Positions 29,726-37,690 of a stretch of 61,239 bases of DNA are shown here, in pieces (within the stretch, counting starts at the first letter, position 1; each line of letters starts with the position of its first letter). Source of the DNA: Archaeoglobi archaeon (GTDB lineage: Archaea; Halobacteriota; Archaeoglobi; Archaeoglobales; Archaeoglobaceae). The stretch is taken from positions 1 through 61,239 of the forward strand of contig JAPDIX010000038.1 of assembly GCA_029259345.1 (NCBI GenBank), given 5' to 3'. The notes beneath the pieces were generated by a model, which was given only the letters and a program-made list of their open reading frames with translations, was not told where the DNA came from and did no database searches. The translations under genes and the position numbers were made by a program.

Positions 29726-29798
29726 GCCGCCGTGGCTTAGCTGGCAGAGCGGGTGATTCGTAATCACCAGGTCGCGGGTTCAAATCCCGCCGGCGGCT
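29726..29798 (+). tRNA. tRNA-Thr (anticodon CGT)
   Basis: GCCGCCG/CGGCGGC acceptor stem, GGTGA-TT-CGT-AA-TCACC anticodon arm, GGTTCAAATCC. Confidence 0.97.
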
Positions 29799-29835
29799 TA
29801 CTTATCTTAGATAGTAAATCCCCCAAGGTGAGATT

Positions 29836-30714
29836 ATGATAAGGGAGCTCATTGAAACAATGAGACCACAACAATGGTACAAGAACTTAATCATATTTGC
29901 TGGTATGGTCTTTTCATCCAATCTTCTAAACTTTCAGATGTGGCCAGTTGTAATTTCAGCGTTCTTTATATTCTGCATGCTTTCCGGGAGTATATATATC
30001 ATTAATGATATCGTAGACGCAGAAGAGGATAGAAAACACCCTAAAAAGTCTAATAGGCCTATCGCTTCTGGAAGATTGAAGACCTCTCATGCTTTGTTAT
30101 TCGCAGTAATACTGATTCTCGTTGCAGGAGTGGGCGCATACTTAATAAATCTCCAGTTTTTTGCCGTCTCAGCTACGTATTTTCTTTTAACTCTATCTTA
30201 TTCCCTATTTCTTAAGCATATTATTATTGTGGATCTATTGGTAATTTCGATTGGTTTTGTCATAAGAGCAATTGCAGGATGTCTAGCAATTGAAGTTCTA
30301 ATCTCTCCATGGCTAATTCTGTGTGCTTTTTTGCTTGCTTTGTTTTTGGCACTTGGAAAGAGAAGACATGAGTTGGTTTTGTTGGGTGAGAATGCAAAAG
30401 AGCATCGCAGAATTCTTGAAGAGTATTCAATAGAAATGCTTGATCAATTGATAAGCATAGCTACAGGGGCACTAATAATATCGTATTCTCTTTATACCTT
30501 TCTTGCGGATAACATGTATATGATGCTCACGATTCCTCTCGTGATTTACAGCCTTTTCAGATATCTATTTCTGGTTCATGCAAACAACTTCAGTGGTGAG
30601 ACGGAAGTGATTTTTAAGGATAAGGGTATGGTGCTCAGCATGATTTTATGGGCTGTTTTGGTAGTTTCGATTCTTTATGGAGTTCCTGATTGGATTAGGT
30701 TTGTGGGAGGGTGA
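29836..30714 (+). CDS. UbiA-family decaprenyl-phosphate phosphoribosyltransferase-like enzyme
   Basis: MRPQQWYKN, YIINDIVDAEEDRKHPKKSNRPIASG, YSLFLKH, GFVIRAIAG, KRRHEL, FRY. Confidence 0.9.
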   Translation: MIRELIETMRPQQWYKNLIIFAGMVFSSNLLNFQMWPVVISAFFIFCMLSGSIYIINDIVDAEEDRKHPKKSNRPIASGRLKTSHALLFAVILILVAGVGAYLINLQFFAVSATYFLLTLSYSLFLKHIIIVDLLVISIGFVIRAIAGCLAIEVLISPWLILCAFLLALFLALGKRRHELVLLGENAKEHRRILEEYSIEMLDQLISIATGALIISYSLYTFLADNMYMMLTIPLVIYSLFRYLFLVHANNFSGETEVIFKDKGMVLSMILWAVLVVSILYGVPDWIRFVGG

Positions 30715-30736
30715 TTGGATTAGGTTTGTGGGAGGG
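30687..30736. repeat. Perfect 25-bp tandem duplication
   Basis: TGATTGGATTAGGTTTGTGGGAGGG at 30687-30711 and 30712-30736. Confidence 0.95.
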
Positions 30737-30746
30737 GGCTGAAAGA

Positions 30747-32321
30747 ATGGTTGGGAAAATGAAAAAAATGAGAGTTAATATAGATGTGTCAAAAGAAAAA
30801 GATAATGTAAAACGAAAAGCGAAAAAGAGAAAAATAAGAAAAAATAAAAATAATAATACAAAAAAACAAATTGAGGCAATCGTATTTATAATTTCTGCTG
30901 TTTATATTGGGTTTTTCGCAAATCTTCACTTCTTTTACGATTGGGATACAGTAAACCTCGCAATAAAACTTAAAGACGGTGTTGACATGGCCGAGGTAGG
31001 CACTATACACTTTCTCGTTCCAATTCTTTCAGGTTCGCTCGTTCCGGTTTTCGATCCTCTCTCCGCATTCAAAATACTCACAGCTATTCTAATGCTGGTT
31101 TTTGTCGTCTCAACGTTTAAATTTGCGTACAATGAGACAGAAGATACTAAACTCGCACTACTAATAGCGTTGTTCATCCTCTTCAACTTCGGCTTCACGT
31201 TTCTTTTGACATCTTTAGAAGATAATATATGGATGTATGCCTTTCTTATGCCATTTACGATATTTCTTTTTAAAGAGAAATGGAATCTTTCTGCGTTCTT
31301 CCTTGGACTTGCCATTCTTGTACATATTCAAGCTGAAATTTTTGTACTAATGTTCGTCAGTTATGTGTTTCTTAAAGCTAAATTATTCCACATTTTTAAA
31401 AATCCAAGAGATGTAAGTAGCTTAATAAGTCTAGCAAAGAAGAACCAAAAATCTATTATATCCACCGCTTTTATTCTTCTTATCCCATTTTTTATATTTT
31501 TCCTATATGCTCTCGCGAATGACATAGCTTTTCAGACACTCATTAGCACTCTCACACTCTCAACATACCACAAGAATCCAGAATGGTGGTATTTCGCTTC
31601 CGACAGAAATATCTGGGAGCAATTACAACTTGCATATGCAGGTTTAGTTTCTGTTTTCGTCTGCCGCTACCCAGAATTTCCACAAATAATGCCCGAAGCC
31701 ACGTACCTAGGAGCCTTCTTCTTTATTCTTCTCGTTTACACTGTTTACATTGCAGCAAAGGGATTTCAGCTGAATTCAAAAGTGCTTTGCACACTCCCTA
31801 CTCTTGTTATAATGTGTGCCCATTCACTGTTCTACGAATCTTGGAACATAGAACGGTGGGACTTCTTACCATTCTTTTTCATACTTTTTGTTACTGTTGC
31901 TTATTCAAATTCAAAAAGAAGAGAACGCCTCTATAAATTGATGCTTGTAATAGTCTTAATTTCTGTGACATTTACATTCGTAAGTTTCGATAGAATGAGC
32001 GGTTTTCATGCAAATCCAGTATACGTATATTCAGATAGGTTGTCTGACATGCTAGATGAAGATTCAATCGTGTTAGAAACGATAAGATCAACATCCGAAC
32101 TAGGACTTTACATCAAATACAAATGTGGAGAGAATGTGATATTTCTTGAAGAGCCTATAGAGGCAGAAATTTTTTATAACAAGAAAATATATTCCTCGTA
32201 TATATCATACAATCGGCTCGCAAAGATGCTGCCAGTTGAAATGCAGCCTGTATGGATAAATGATCTCAATAAAGCCTTCAGTATCGTGCGGTTAAACCTC
32301 AAAACCTATCCAGGGGAGTAG
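30747..32321 (+). CDS. Multi-pass membrane protein, probable GT-C fold glycosyltransferase
   Basis: Lys-rich N-terminus, first luminal loop YDWD, HFL, 10 or more TM segments, soluble C-terminal domain. ATG 30747 follows GGAGGGGG. Confidence 0.6.
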   Translation: MVGKMKKMRVNIDVSKEKDNVKRKAKKRKIRKNKNNNTKKQIEAIVFIISAVYIGFFANLHFFYDWDTVNLAIKLKDGVDMAEVGTIHFLVPILSGSLVPVFDPLSAFKILTAILMLVFVVSTFKFAYNETEDTKLALLIALFILFNFGFTFLLTSLEDNIWMYAFLMPFTIFLFKEKWNLSAFFLGLAILVHIQAEIFVLMFVSYVFLKAKLFHIFKNPRDVSSLISLAKKNQKSIISTAFILLIPFFIFFLYALANDIAFQTLISTLTLSTYHKNPEWWYFASDRNIWEQLQLAYAGLVSVFVCRYPEFPQIMPEATYLGAFFFILLVYTVYIAAKGFQLNSKVLCTLPTLVIMCAHSLFYESWNIERWDFLPFFFILFVTVAYSNSKRRERLYKLMLVIVLISVTFTFVSFDRMSGFHANPVYVYSDRLSDMLDEDSIVLETIRSTSELGLYIKYKCGENVIFLEEPIEAEIFYNKKIYSSYISYNRLAKMLPVEMQPVWINDLNKAFSIVRLNLKTYPGE

Positions 32322-32328
32322 GATAAAA

Positions 32329-32967
32329 ATGAAATACGACCTACACATCCACTCAAAATACTCATACGATGGAATTCTTGAGCCAAAGGATATTATAAAA
32401 ATCGCAATAAAAAGAGGTTTGGATGGACTAGCAATAACAGATCATAATACTGTAAAAGGGGCATTAGAGGTGAAGAAATACGAAACAGATGATTTAAAAG
32501 TAATAGTAGGCTCGGAAATAAAGACAGAAAGAGGAGAAATAATCGGTCTTTTCCTTGAAGAGGAAATAAATTCAAGAGATTTCTGTGAGGTTATAGATAA
32601 AATTAAAGAACAGAATGGGGTTGTTGTTGTCCCACATCCATTTGACAAGTTAAGAAAATCCACATTTACCCCAACAAAAGATGATGTTAAGTTTATAGAT
32701 TGTATTGAGGGCTTTAACTCAAGATGTGTTTTTCAGAAGTATAACAAAGAAGCTATTAATTTTGCTATGAAGCAAGGTTTGAAAATAGTAGCGGGAAGTG
32801 ATGCCCACTTCAGAAATGAAATAGGAAACGCTGGGATTGAGACGAATGAGGAAGACATTAGAAAAGCAATATTAAGTGGGAAAATTAAGATATTTGGTAA
32901 AAGGTCATCGTTAATAAACCATGCAATGACCAAGGCCATAAAATGGTGGAGAAAATGGGTAAAGTAA
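32329..32967 (+). CDS. PHP-domain metal-dependent phosphoesterase
   Basis: DLHIHSKYSYDG, AITDHN, GSEI, PHP, EGFNSR, GSDAH. Confidence 0.92.
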   Translation: MKYDLHIHSKYSYDGILEPKDIIKIAIKRGLDGLAITDHNTVKGALEVKKYETDDLKVIVGSEIKTERGEIIGLFLEEEINSRDFCEVIDKIKEQNGVVVVPHPFDKLRKSTFTPTKDDVKFIDCIEGFNSRCVFQKYNKEAINFAMKQGLKIVAGSDAHFRNEIGNAGIETNEEDIRKAILSGKIKIFGKRSSLINHAMTKAIKWWRKWVK

Positions 32968-34246
32968 TTTCATTGATAGAGGATGATAGCAGATATAAAT
33001 TAACCATTTTTGCCATTATTCTATTTACTGGGTTTATTTTGTGGTATTTCAGAATTTTAATGCTTTTTGGATTGTTTATGAATCCACATAGTCCAAATAT
33101 ATGGTTTGGCGGTTTTAAAGCTTATTATAATGCGGCAAAATTGTATATTGGTGGTGAAGATATATGGGAACACAGGATTTTACTACCCTCCTTTATCTCT
33201 ACTATTGTTCTTACCACTTGCCTATCTCTCCTTTGAGCAAGCATGCTTCATAATAGCTATCTCTAATATATTTCTGCTGATTCTAACGACACTTTTAATG
33301 TCAAAAATACTGCAATACTACAACATTCTCTTGTCTAAAACAGAATTATTGTTCGTGTTTGTTGCAATATTTCTTTTTTATCCAGTGAGCACGTCATTTA
33401 CCGCTGGTCAGATAAACATTCTGATTATATTTCTGATCACGCTATTTTACTATTATATATTTATAAAGAAAGAAAAAAAAGTTGCAAGTGTTATTTTAAG
33501 CATTGCTACAATGATTAAAGTGTGGCCCCTCGTCTTGGTATTTCTGGATTTTATCTCGCCAAAAGCAAAAGGAGTTCTCGTAAAGAGCTGTGCATCGCTT
33601 GGAATGCTAACATTTGTCTTCTTGGCAATCTTTGGCTTTCCTTTACATGTTGAGTTCTTAGATACTCTTTTTGCATTTCAGAATATTCCCCTGCAAATGC
33701 CTGAGGAAGTTTTGCATCCGTCAGACGCTTTAGACACAAATGCAAGTCTTTCCAATATGCTTTTTAAATTGCTATCTCTTTTCGGAGTAAACGACCTATA
33801 TGCAATTTTAATTCTTTACGGATTGAAAATTATTCTTATCTTTATTATGTTGAATTATTTATATCATCTCTATTTTTCAAAAACGGATGAAATTAAGGAG
33901 ATATGTGGATTTACGTCTCTTATAATTCTCATTTTAATGATTTCAAACATTACTTGGATATATTATGGCTCTTTCTTAGTACTCCCTATTGTGCTGCTAA
34001 TGTTCCGTTACAAGTTAAACATGATTGAAAGGAGTTTGTTGGTGCTTTCCATAACGTTTTTCTCGATTCAGCAGTATGTGATCACACTAAAGTAATCTAA
34101 TTGGGGGAGCAGTGAAGTCAGCAGTGTATATAGCAAGTCCGACAACTTATGCCTATTTGTTCTTCTTGGTTCTTACAATTTATATGTTAAGAAAGCAGAA
34201 GATAAGTGGGAAGGGGGTAGAATGTCTTCAAGGAAGAAAATTATAA
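32955..34246 (+). pseudogene. GT87 (DUF2029)-like glycosyltransferase with two frameshifts
   Basis: FKAYY, FYYPP, GQIN, IKVWP, NAS motifs. An AT unit appears lost at 33160-33165 and an extra A at 34089-34091; the repaired frame runs to TAA at 34244-34246. Confidence 0.8.
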
Positions 34247-35169
34247 TTTCCGTAATCGCTGGCGTTGTAGTATATGTAGCGCTCTCGATCTATGCAGATT
34301 TAAGTAAAGTGATTGTTGCTCTTGGTAATTTCAACTGGATGTATCTGCCTCTGATACTAGTGTTAACCTTTCTAAATTATGTATTCAGATTTCTTAAATG
34401 GGATTATTACTTGAGGTTTTTAGGAATAAACATAAGCAAAAAAGTTAGTGCAGGAGTATTTTTAAGCGGATTGTCAATGTCAGTAACTCCTGCAAAGCTA
34501 GGAGAGGCATTTAAGTCATATCTCCTGAAAGAAATAAGTGGTGTTGAGATTAGCAAAACCGTCCCTATTGTGTTTGCAGAACGTATTACTGACTTGATTG
34601 GCTTGATAATATTAGCTTCTGTAAGTTATTCTGCATTTAGATATGGTAAGGAAGTGTTGTTTGTTACGATATTTGTTATCTCAGTCATCATATTAGTCAT
34701 TCAGTCCAAAGAATTATGGCTAAAGCTGATAAACCTAAACTTCTCTCCAATAGCAAAATTCGCTGGAACCTTAAACAACCTATACGAGAGCACTTATACG
34801 CTCTTAAAATTAAAACCTCTGGTTATGGCAATAGCAATAAGCACTTTTTCATGGTTTTTTGAATGTCTTGCTTTGCATTTTGTCCTTAAAGGATTTGGAC
34901 TTGATTTACCCATACTTCTGTCAGTATTTACCTTTAGCTTCTCTACAGTGGCTGGAGCTGTGAGCATGATTCCTGGAGGTTTGGGTGTTGCAGAGGGTAG
35001 CATGACAGGAATTTTGATTTTGACTGGTATACCAAAAGCAATTGCTGTAGCATCAACATTTATAATACGATTTTGCACCCTCTGGTTTGGAGTCCTAGTA
35101 GGAATAATAACATTATCCATGTATGGGTTTAAAATCAACAAAAGTGAGGTGGAAAAATGGCGAGAGTAG
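34222..35169 (+). CDS. UPF0104/AglD2 (lysylphosphatidylglycerol synthase TM-region) flippase-like membrane protein
   Basis: RFLKW, TPAKLGEAFK, ERITD, PGGLGVAEG, RFCTLW. Confidence 0.88.
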   Translation: MSSRKKIIISVIAGVVVYVALSIYADLSKVIVALGNFNWMYLPLILVLTFLNYVFRFLKWDYYLRFLGINISKKVSAGVFLSGLSMSVTPAKLGEAFKSYLLKEISGVEISKTVPIVFAERITDLIGLIILASVSYSAFRYGKEVLFVTIFVISVIILVIQSKELWLKLINLNFSPIAKFAGTLNNLYESTYTLLKLKPLVMAIAISTFSWFFECLALHFVLKGFGLDLPILLSVFTFSFSTVAGAVSMIPGGLGVAEGSMTGILILTGIPKAIAVASTFIIRFCTLWFGVLVGIITLSMYGFKINKSEVEKWRE

Positions 35170-36284
35170 CAATATTGAAAACCTCTTCAGAGAAAGTTCT
35201 GGAAGATTATTCAAAATTGATGCGAATGGTTGATTATGAGAACTCTTTACCAAAAAAAAATAAAACGATACTCAAACTCAACCTCTCTTGGACTCTTTTC
35301 TATCCAGCATGCTCTACTCCCCCTTGGCAACTTGAGGGGACTCTAAAAACTCTGAGAGAGGATGGATATGACGATATATTAGCTGTTGAGAACCAAACCG
35401 TGGTAACACACCCTTGGAAAGGTGCTTACTACAATAAATGGCTCCCCATTCTAGAGAAATATGGGGTTGAATTTCAACCACTGACAGATGTGGAATGGAT
35501 AAGCTATGAGCCTAAAACAGAAATGCTTGCAATACATGAAATCTTTAACGAAATCCTGATTCCGAAAATCTTTGTTGGAAGCAATATGGTTCATTTACCA
35601 ACTGTCAAAACACATGGACATACGACCACAACAGGTGCTCTTAAAAATGCCTTTGGAGGTTTAATTCCAAAATACAGGCATCATGCCCACAAGAAAATCC
35701 ATGAGATTCTTGTTGATTTACTAGCAATCCAGAAGGAAATTCACAAGGGTATTTTTGCAGTAATGGACGGATGTGTTTGCGGTAATGGTGCTGGACCAAG
35801 AACAATGGAGCCCTTTATCGGAAACATAATTCTGGCAAGTGAAGACCAGGTTGCGATAGATGCTGTTGCTGCAAAAATCATGGGATTTGAACCTCTGGAA
35901 ATAGATTACATCAAAATGGCTCATGATAAAGGCCTAGGGGTTGGGGATATTGATCAAATAGAGATAATTGGTATGAGTAAAAAAGAATTTGAGAAACTGA
36001 ACTTTAAATTCAAGGTGAAAAAAAGCCCAGTAATCAAATGGGATCAGATTTTGAGGAAGAAGACTGCAAACATCAAATGGCTACACAAGCTACTGTTTAC
36101 TTCACCCATATTTAAAATATTCATTTTCGCTTCAGAATTTTACCATGACCGATTTTGGTATCCTTTAGTTGGGAAAAAGAAGATAGAGGAGTTTATGAGA
36201 ACCGACTGGGGGAAGTTATTTGAGAAATACGAATACGGAAAATTTCCAGAATACAAGGAGGTGAAAGATTGGGATCCTTATTAA
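35157..36284 (+). CDS. DUF362 domain protein
   Basis: LKLNLS, LPTVKTH, TGALKNAFG, VMDG...G-x-GP, D-x-VAIDAV...MGF. Confidence 0.88.
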   Translation: MARVAILKTSSEKVLEDYSKLMRMVDYENSLPKKNKTILKLNLSWTLFYPACSTPPWQLEGTLKTLREDGYDDILAVENQTVVTHPWKGAYYNKWLPILEKYGVEFQPLTDVEWISYEPKTEMLAIHEIFNEILIPKIFVGSNMVHLPTVKTHGHTTTTGALKNAFGGLIPKYRHHAHKKIHEILVDLLAIQKEIHKGIFAVMDGCVCGNGAGPRTMEPFIGNIILASEDQVAIDAVAAKIMGFEPLEIDYIKMAHDKGLGVGDIDQIEIIGMSKKEFEKLNFKFKVKKSPVIKWDQILRKKTANIKWLHKLLFTSPIFKIFIFASEFYHDRFWYPLVGKKKIEEFMRTDWGKLFEKYEYGKFPEYKEVKDWDPY

Positions 36285-36391
36285 ACTCTCTCACATTCAA
36301 CTCACTCATCGTTCAATTTCCTCCAATCCCGTTCAAACTCCCAAAATACCCACTCATAAAAGTTTTTTAGTTTCAACCCACGAAGAGGGTC

Positions 36392-36586
36392 ATGGATGAA
36401 AAGTTGCGTGAAGGCATGTTCAGGAATCTGAAGATGATGGCCTTTACGGGCACATTCGTCATGAGTTTTCTGATTGCAATGGTGGTTCTGCACTACTCCA
36501 AGGTTGATCTAACCCTTTCTATACTGCTTTCCGCTCTTTTTTCGGTTCTGATAACGATTGCAAGAGTTCTCTCGGAAAGGCAATGA
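36392..36586 (+). CDS. Small two-TM membrane protein
   Basis: 64-aa ORF with two hydrophobic helices and a GAGGG SD-like site. Confidence 0.6.
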   Translation: MDEKLREGMFRNLKMMAFTGTFVMSFLIAMVVLHYSKVDLTLSILLSALFSVLITIARVLSERQ

Positions 36587-36609
36587 TGAATTTGTCATAG
36601 TAGATAATA

Positions 36610-36622
36610 GAAAACTTTATAT
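36610..36622 (+). promoter_or_regulatory. BRE/TATA promoter of the downstream ncRNA
   Basis: GAAAAC-TTTATAT with TATA at 36616-36622, about 20-25 nt upstream of the paired 5' end of the RNA. Confidence 0.65.
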
Positions 36623-36640
36623 GCTTTCGCTCCAACAATT

Positions 36641-36797
36641 ATAGTCGCAGGGTAAACCGGTCTGAGGAGATGCTGATGGGTTGAACTTGGGATTTCGAGG
36701 GTAAAACCTCATGTCCTTGGTGTAAATCCGTTGGAAAACTCTGAAGGGAAACCTGAGGAGTTTTTAGAGTCTCCGAAGCCGGGCCCAGATGCGACTA
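36641..36797 (+). ncRNA. Unannotated structured RNA closed by a canonical bulge-helix-bulge motif (candidate circular RNA precursor)
   Basis: TAGTCGCA/TGCGACTA outer helix, GGGT/GCCC 4-bp helix, AAA and AGA 3-nt bulges, CCGG/CCGG inner helix. Three-way junction inside with G-U pairs, tandem GA and a GAAA tetraloop. Confidence 0.8.
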
Positions 36798-37009
36798 CTA
36801 TTCTTCACTCTAATTCTCTCATCGTTGATGTTTTTCTTAGGAAAAGACGGTCTTACCTCCCCCTATCAAGAGTTTTGATAAGCAGCATATCAGCTGGCAA
36901 CATCCCAGACACAGCCAAAATACCAAAATGTCCGCATCGAAGGTTGCGGACATAGTGAGAACTTTACGGGGAGTGTTGTGGATATAAACATCAAATACCT
37001 AAAAACCAG

Positions 37010-37690
37010 TCAATCTTTTCCGGAACTTTTCCACTTAACACGTGATACTAAGGATGCAAATACCGCTGCTCCAAATCCGTTATCTATGTTCACAACCGCT
37101 ACGCCAGATGAGCAGCTCTGAAGCATGGCGAAAAGGGTTGAGATTCCTCCAAGGTTAACACCGTACCCCACAGATGTTGGAACGGCAATCACAGGAACAT
37201 CAACAAGTCCGGCAATCACTGAGGGCAGAGCGCCTTCCATTCCTGCCACGACTATCACGCTATCAACTTTCTCGTCCCTTATCCTTTTAACCGGTTCAAC
37301 AATTCTGTGCAACCCCGCAACGCCAACGTCATAGAATCTTAGAACGTCAAGACCAAGGTATTCTGCTGTAACCGCAGCCTCTTCAGCAACCGGGATATCA
37401 GACGTTCCGGCAGTCAGCACTGCCACCTTACCAATGACTTCTGACCTTTTCTCCCCAACAACAGCAATTCTGCCACGCTCGTTTATCTCAACCTCCTCAA
37501 TACCTTTGAGAGTCTCAATCTGTTCATCATTCAACCTCGTCACGAGTGTTGACTTTCCTTCTCTCTGAATTTCCTTTATGATTGCGATAAGATCGTCTAC
37601 ACTCTTCCCTTCTGCAAAAATCGCCTCAGGCTTACCTGCCCTCTCATACCTCTCAAGGTCGAGATTGGCTATTTCATCTATTCTCTTCAT
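37010..37690 (-). CDS. larB: Nickel-pincer cofactor biosynthesis protein LarB
   Basis: [57 protein letters not shown]. Confidence 0.92.
   Translation of the reverse strand: MKRIDEIANLDLERYERAGKPEAIFAEGKSVDDLIAIIKEIQREGKSTLVTRLNDEQIETLKGIEEVEINERGRIAVVGEKRSEVIGKVAVLTAGTSDIPVAEEAAVTAEYLGLDVLRFYDVGVAGLHRIVEPVKRIRDEKVDSVIVVAGMEGALPSVIAGLVDVPVIAVPTSVGYGVNLGGISTLFAMLQSCSSGVAVVNIDNGFGAAVFASLVSRVKWKSSGKD

Larger units (their letters stand above)
29836..36284 (+). mobile_element. AT-rich genomic islet (six-gene glycosylation operon) downstream of tRNA-Thr
   Basis: Visible drop in GC. At least 12 CTAG sites in 6.5 kb versus about 6 seen by eye in the rest of the window. No integrase or att copy seen. 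Confidence 0.65.

Noticed and set aside
36325-36342. GTTCAAACTCCC as a degenerate attR copy of the tRNA-Thr 3' end
   Set aside because: Only about 11 bases match with a gap, and the acceptor-stem part is missing.
36302-36493. Minus-strand 63-aa ORF ending FYEWVFWEFERDWRKLNDE
   Set aside because: Mostly antisense to the small membrane gene. The last ~20 codons may be a gene remnant at the islet edge but cannot be assigned.
36641-36797. BHB RNA as 5S rRNA, SRP RNA, RNase P RNA or an intron-containing tRNA
   Set aside because: Size and three-way topology recall 5S, but the conserved loop C CGAAC and other signatures are absent. There is no SRP or RNase P consensus, and the flanks are far too short to form a tRNA.
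36731-36955. 74-aa ORF overlapping the ncRNA
   Set aside because: TTG start, no recognisable motif; the region is better explained by RNA structure.
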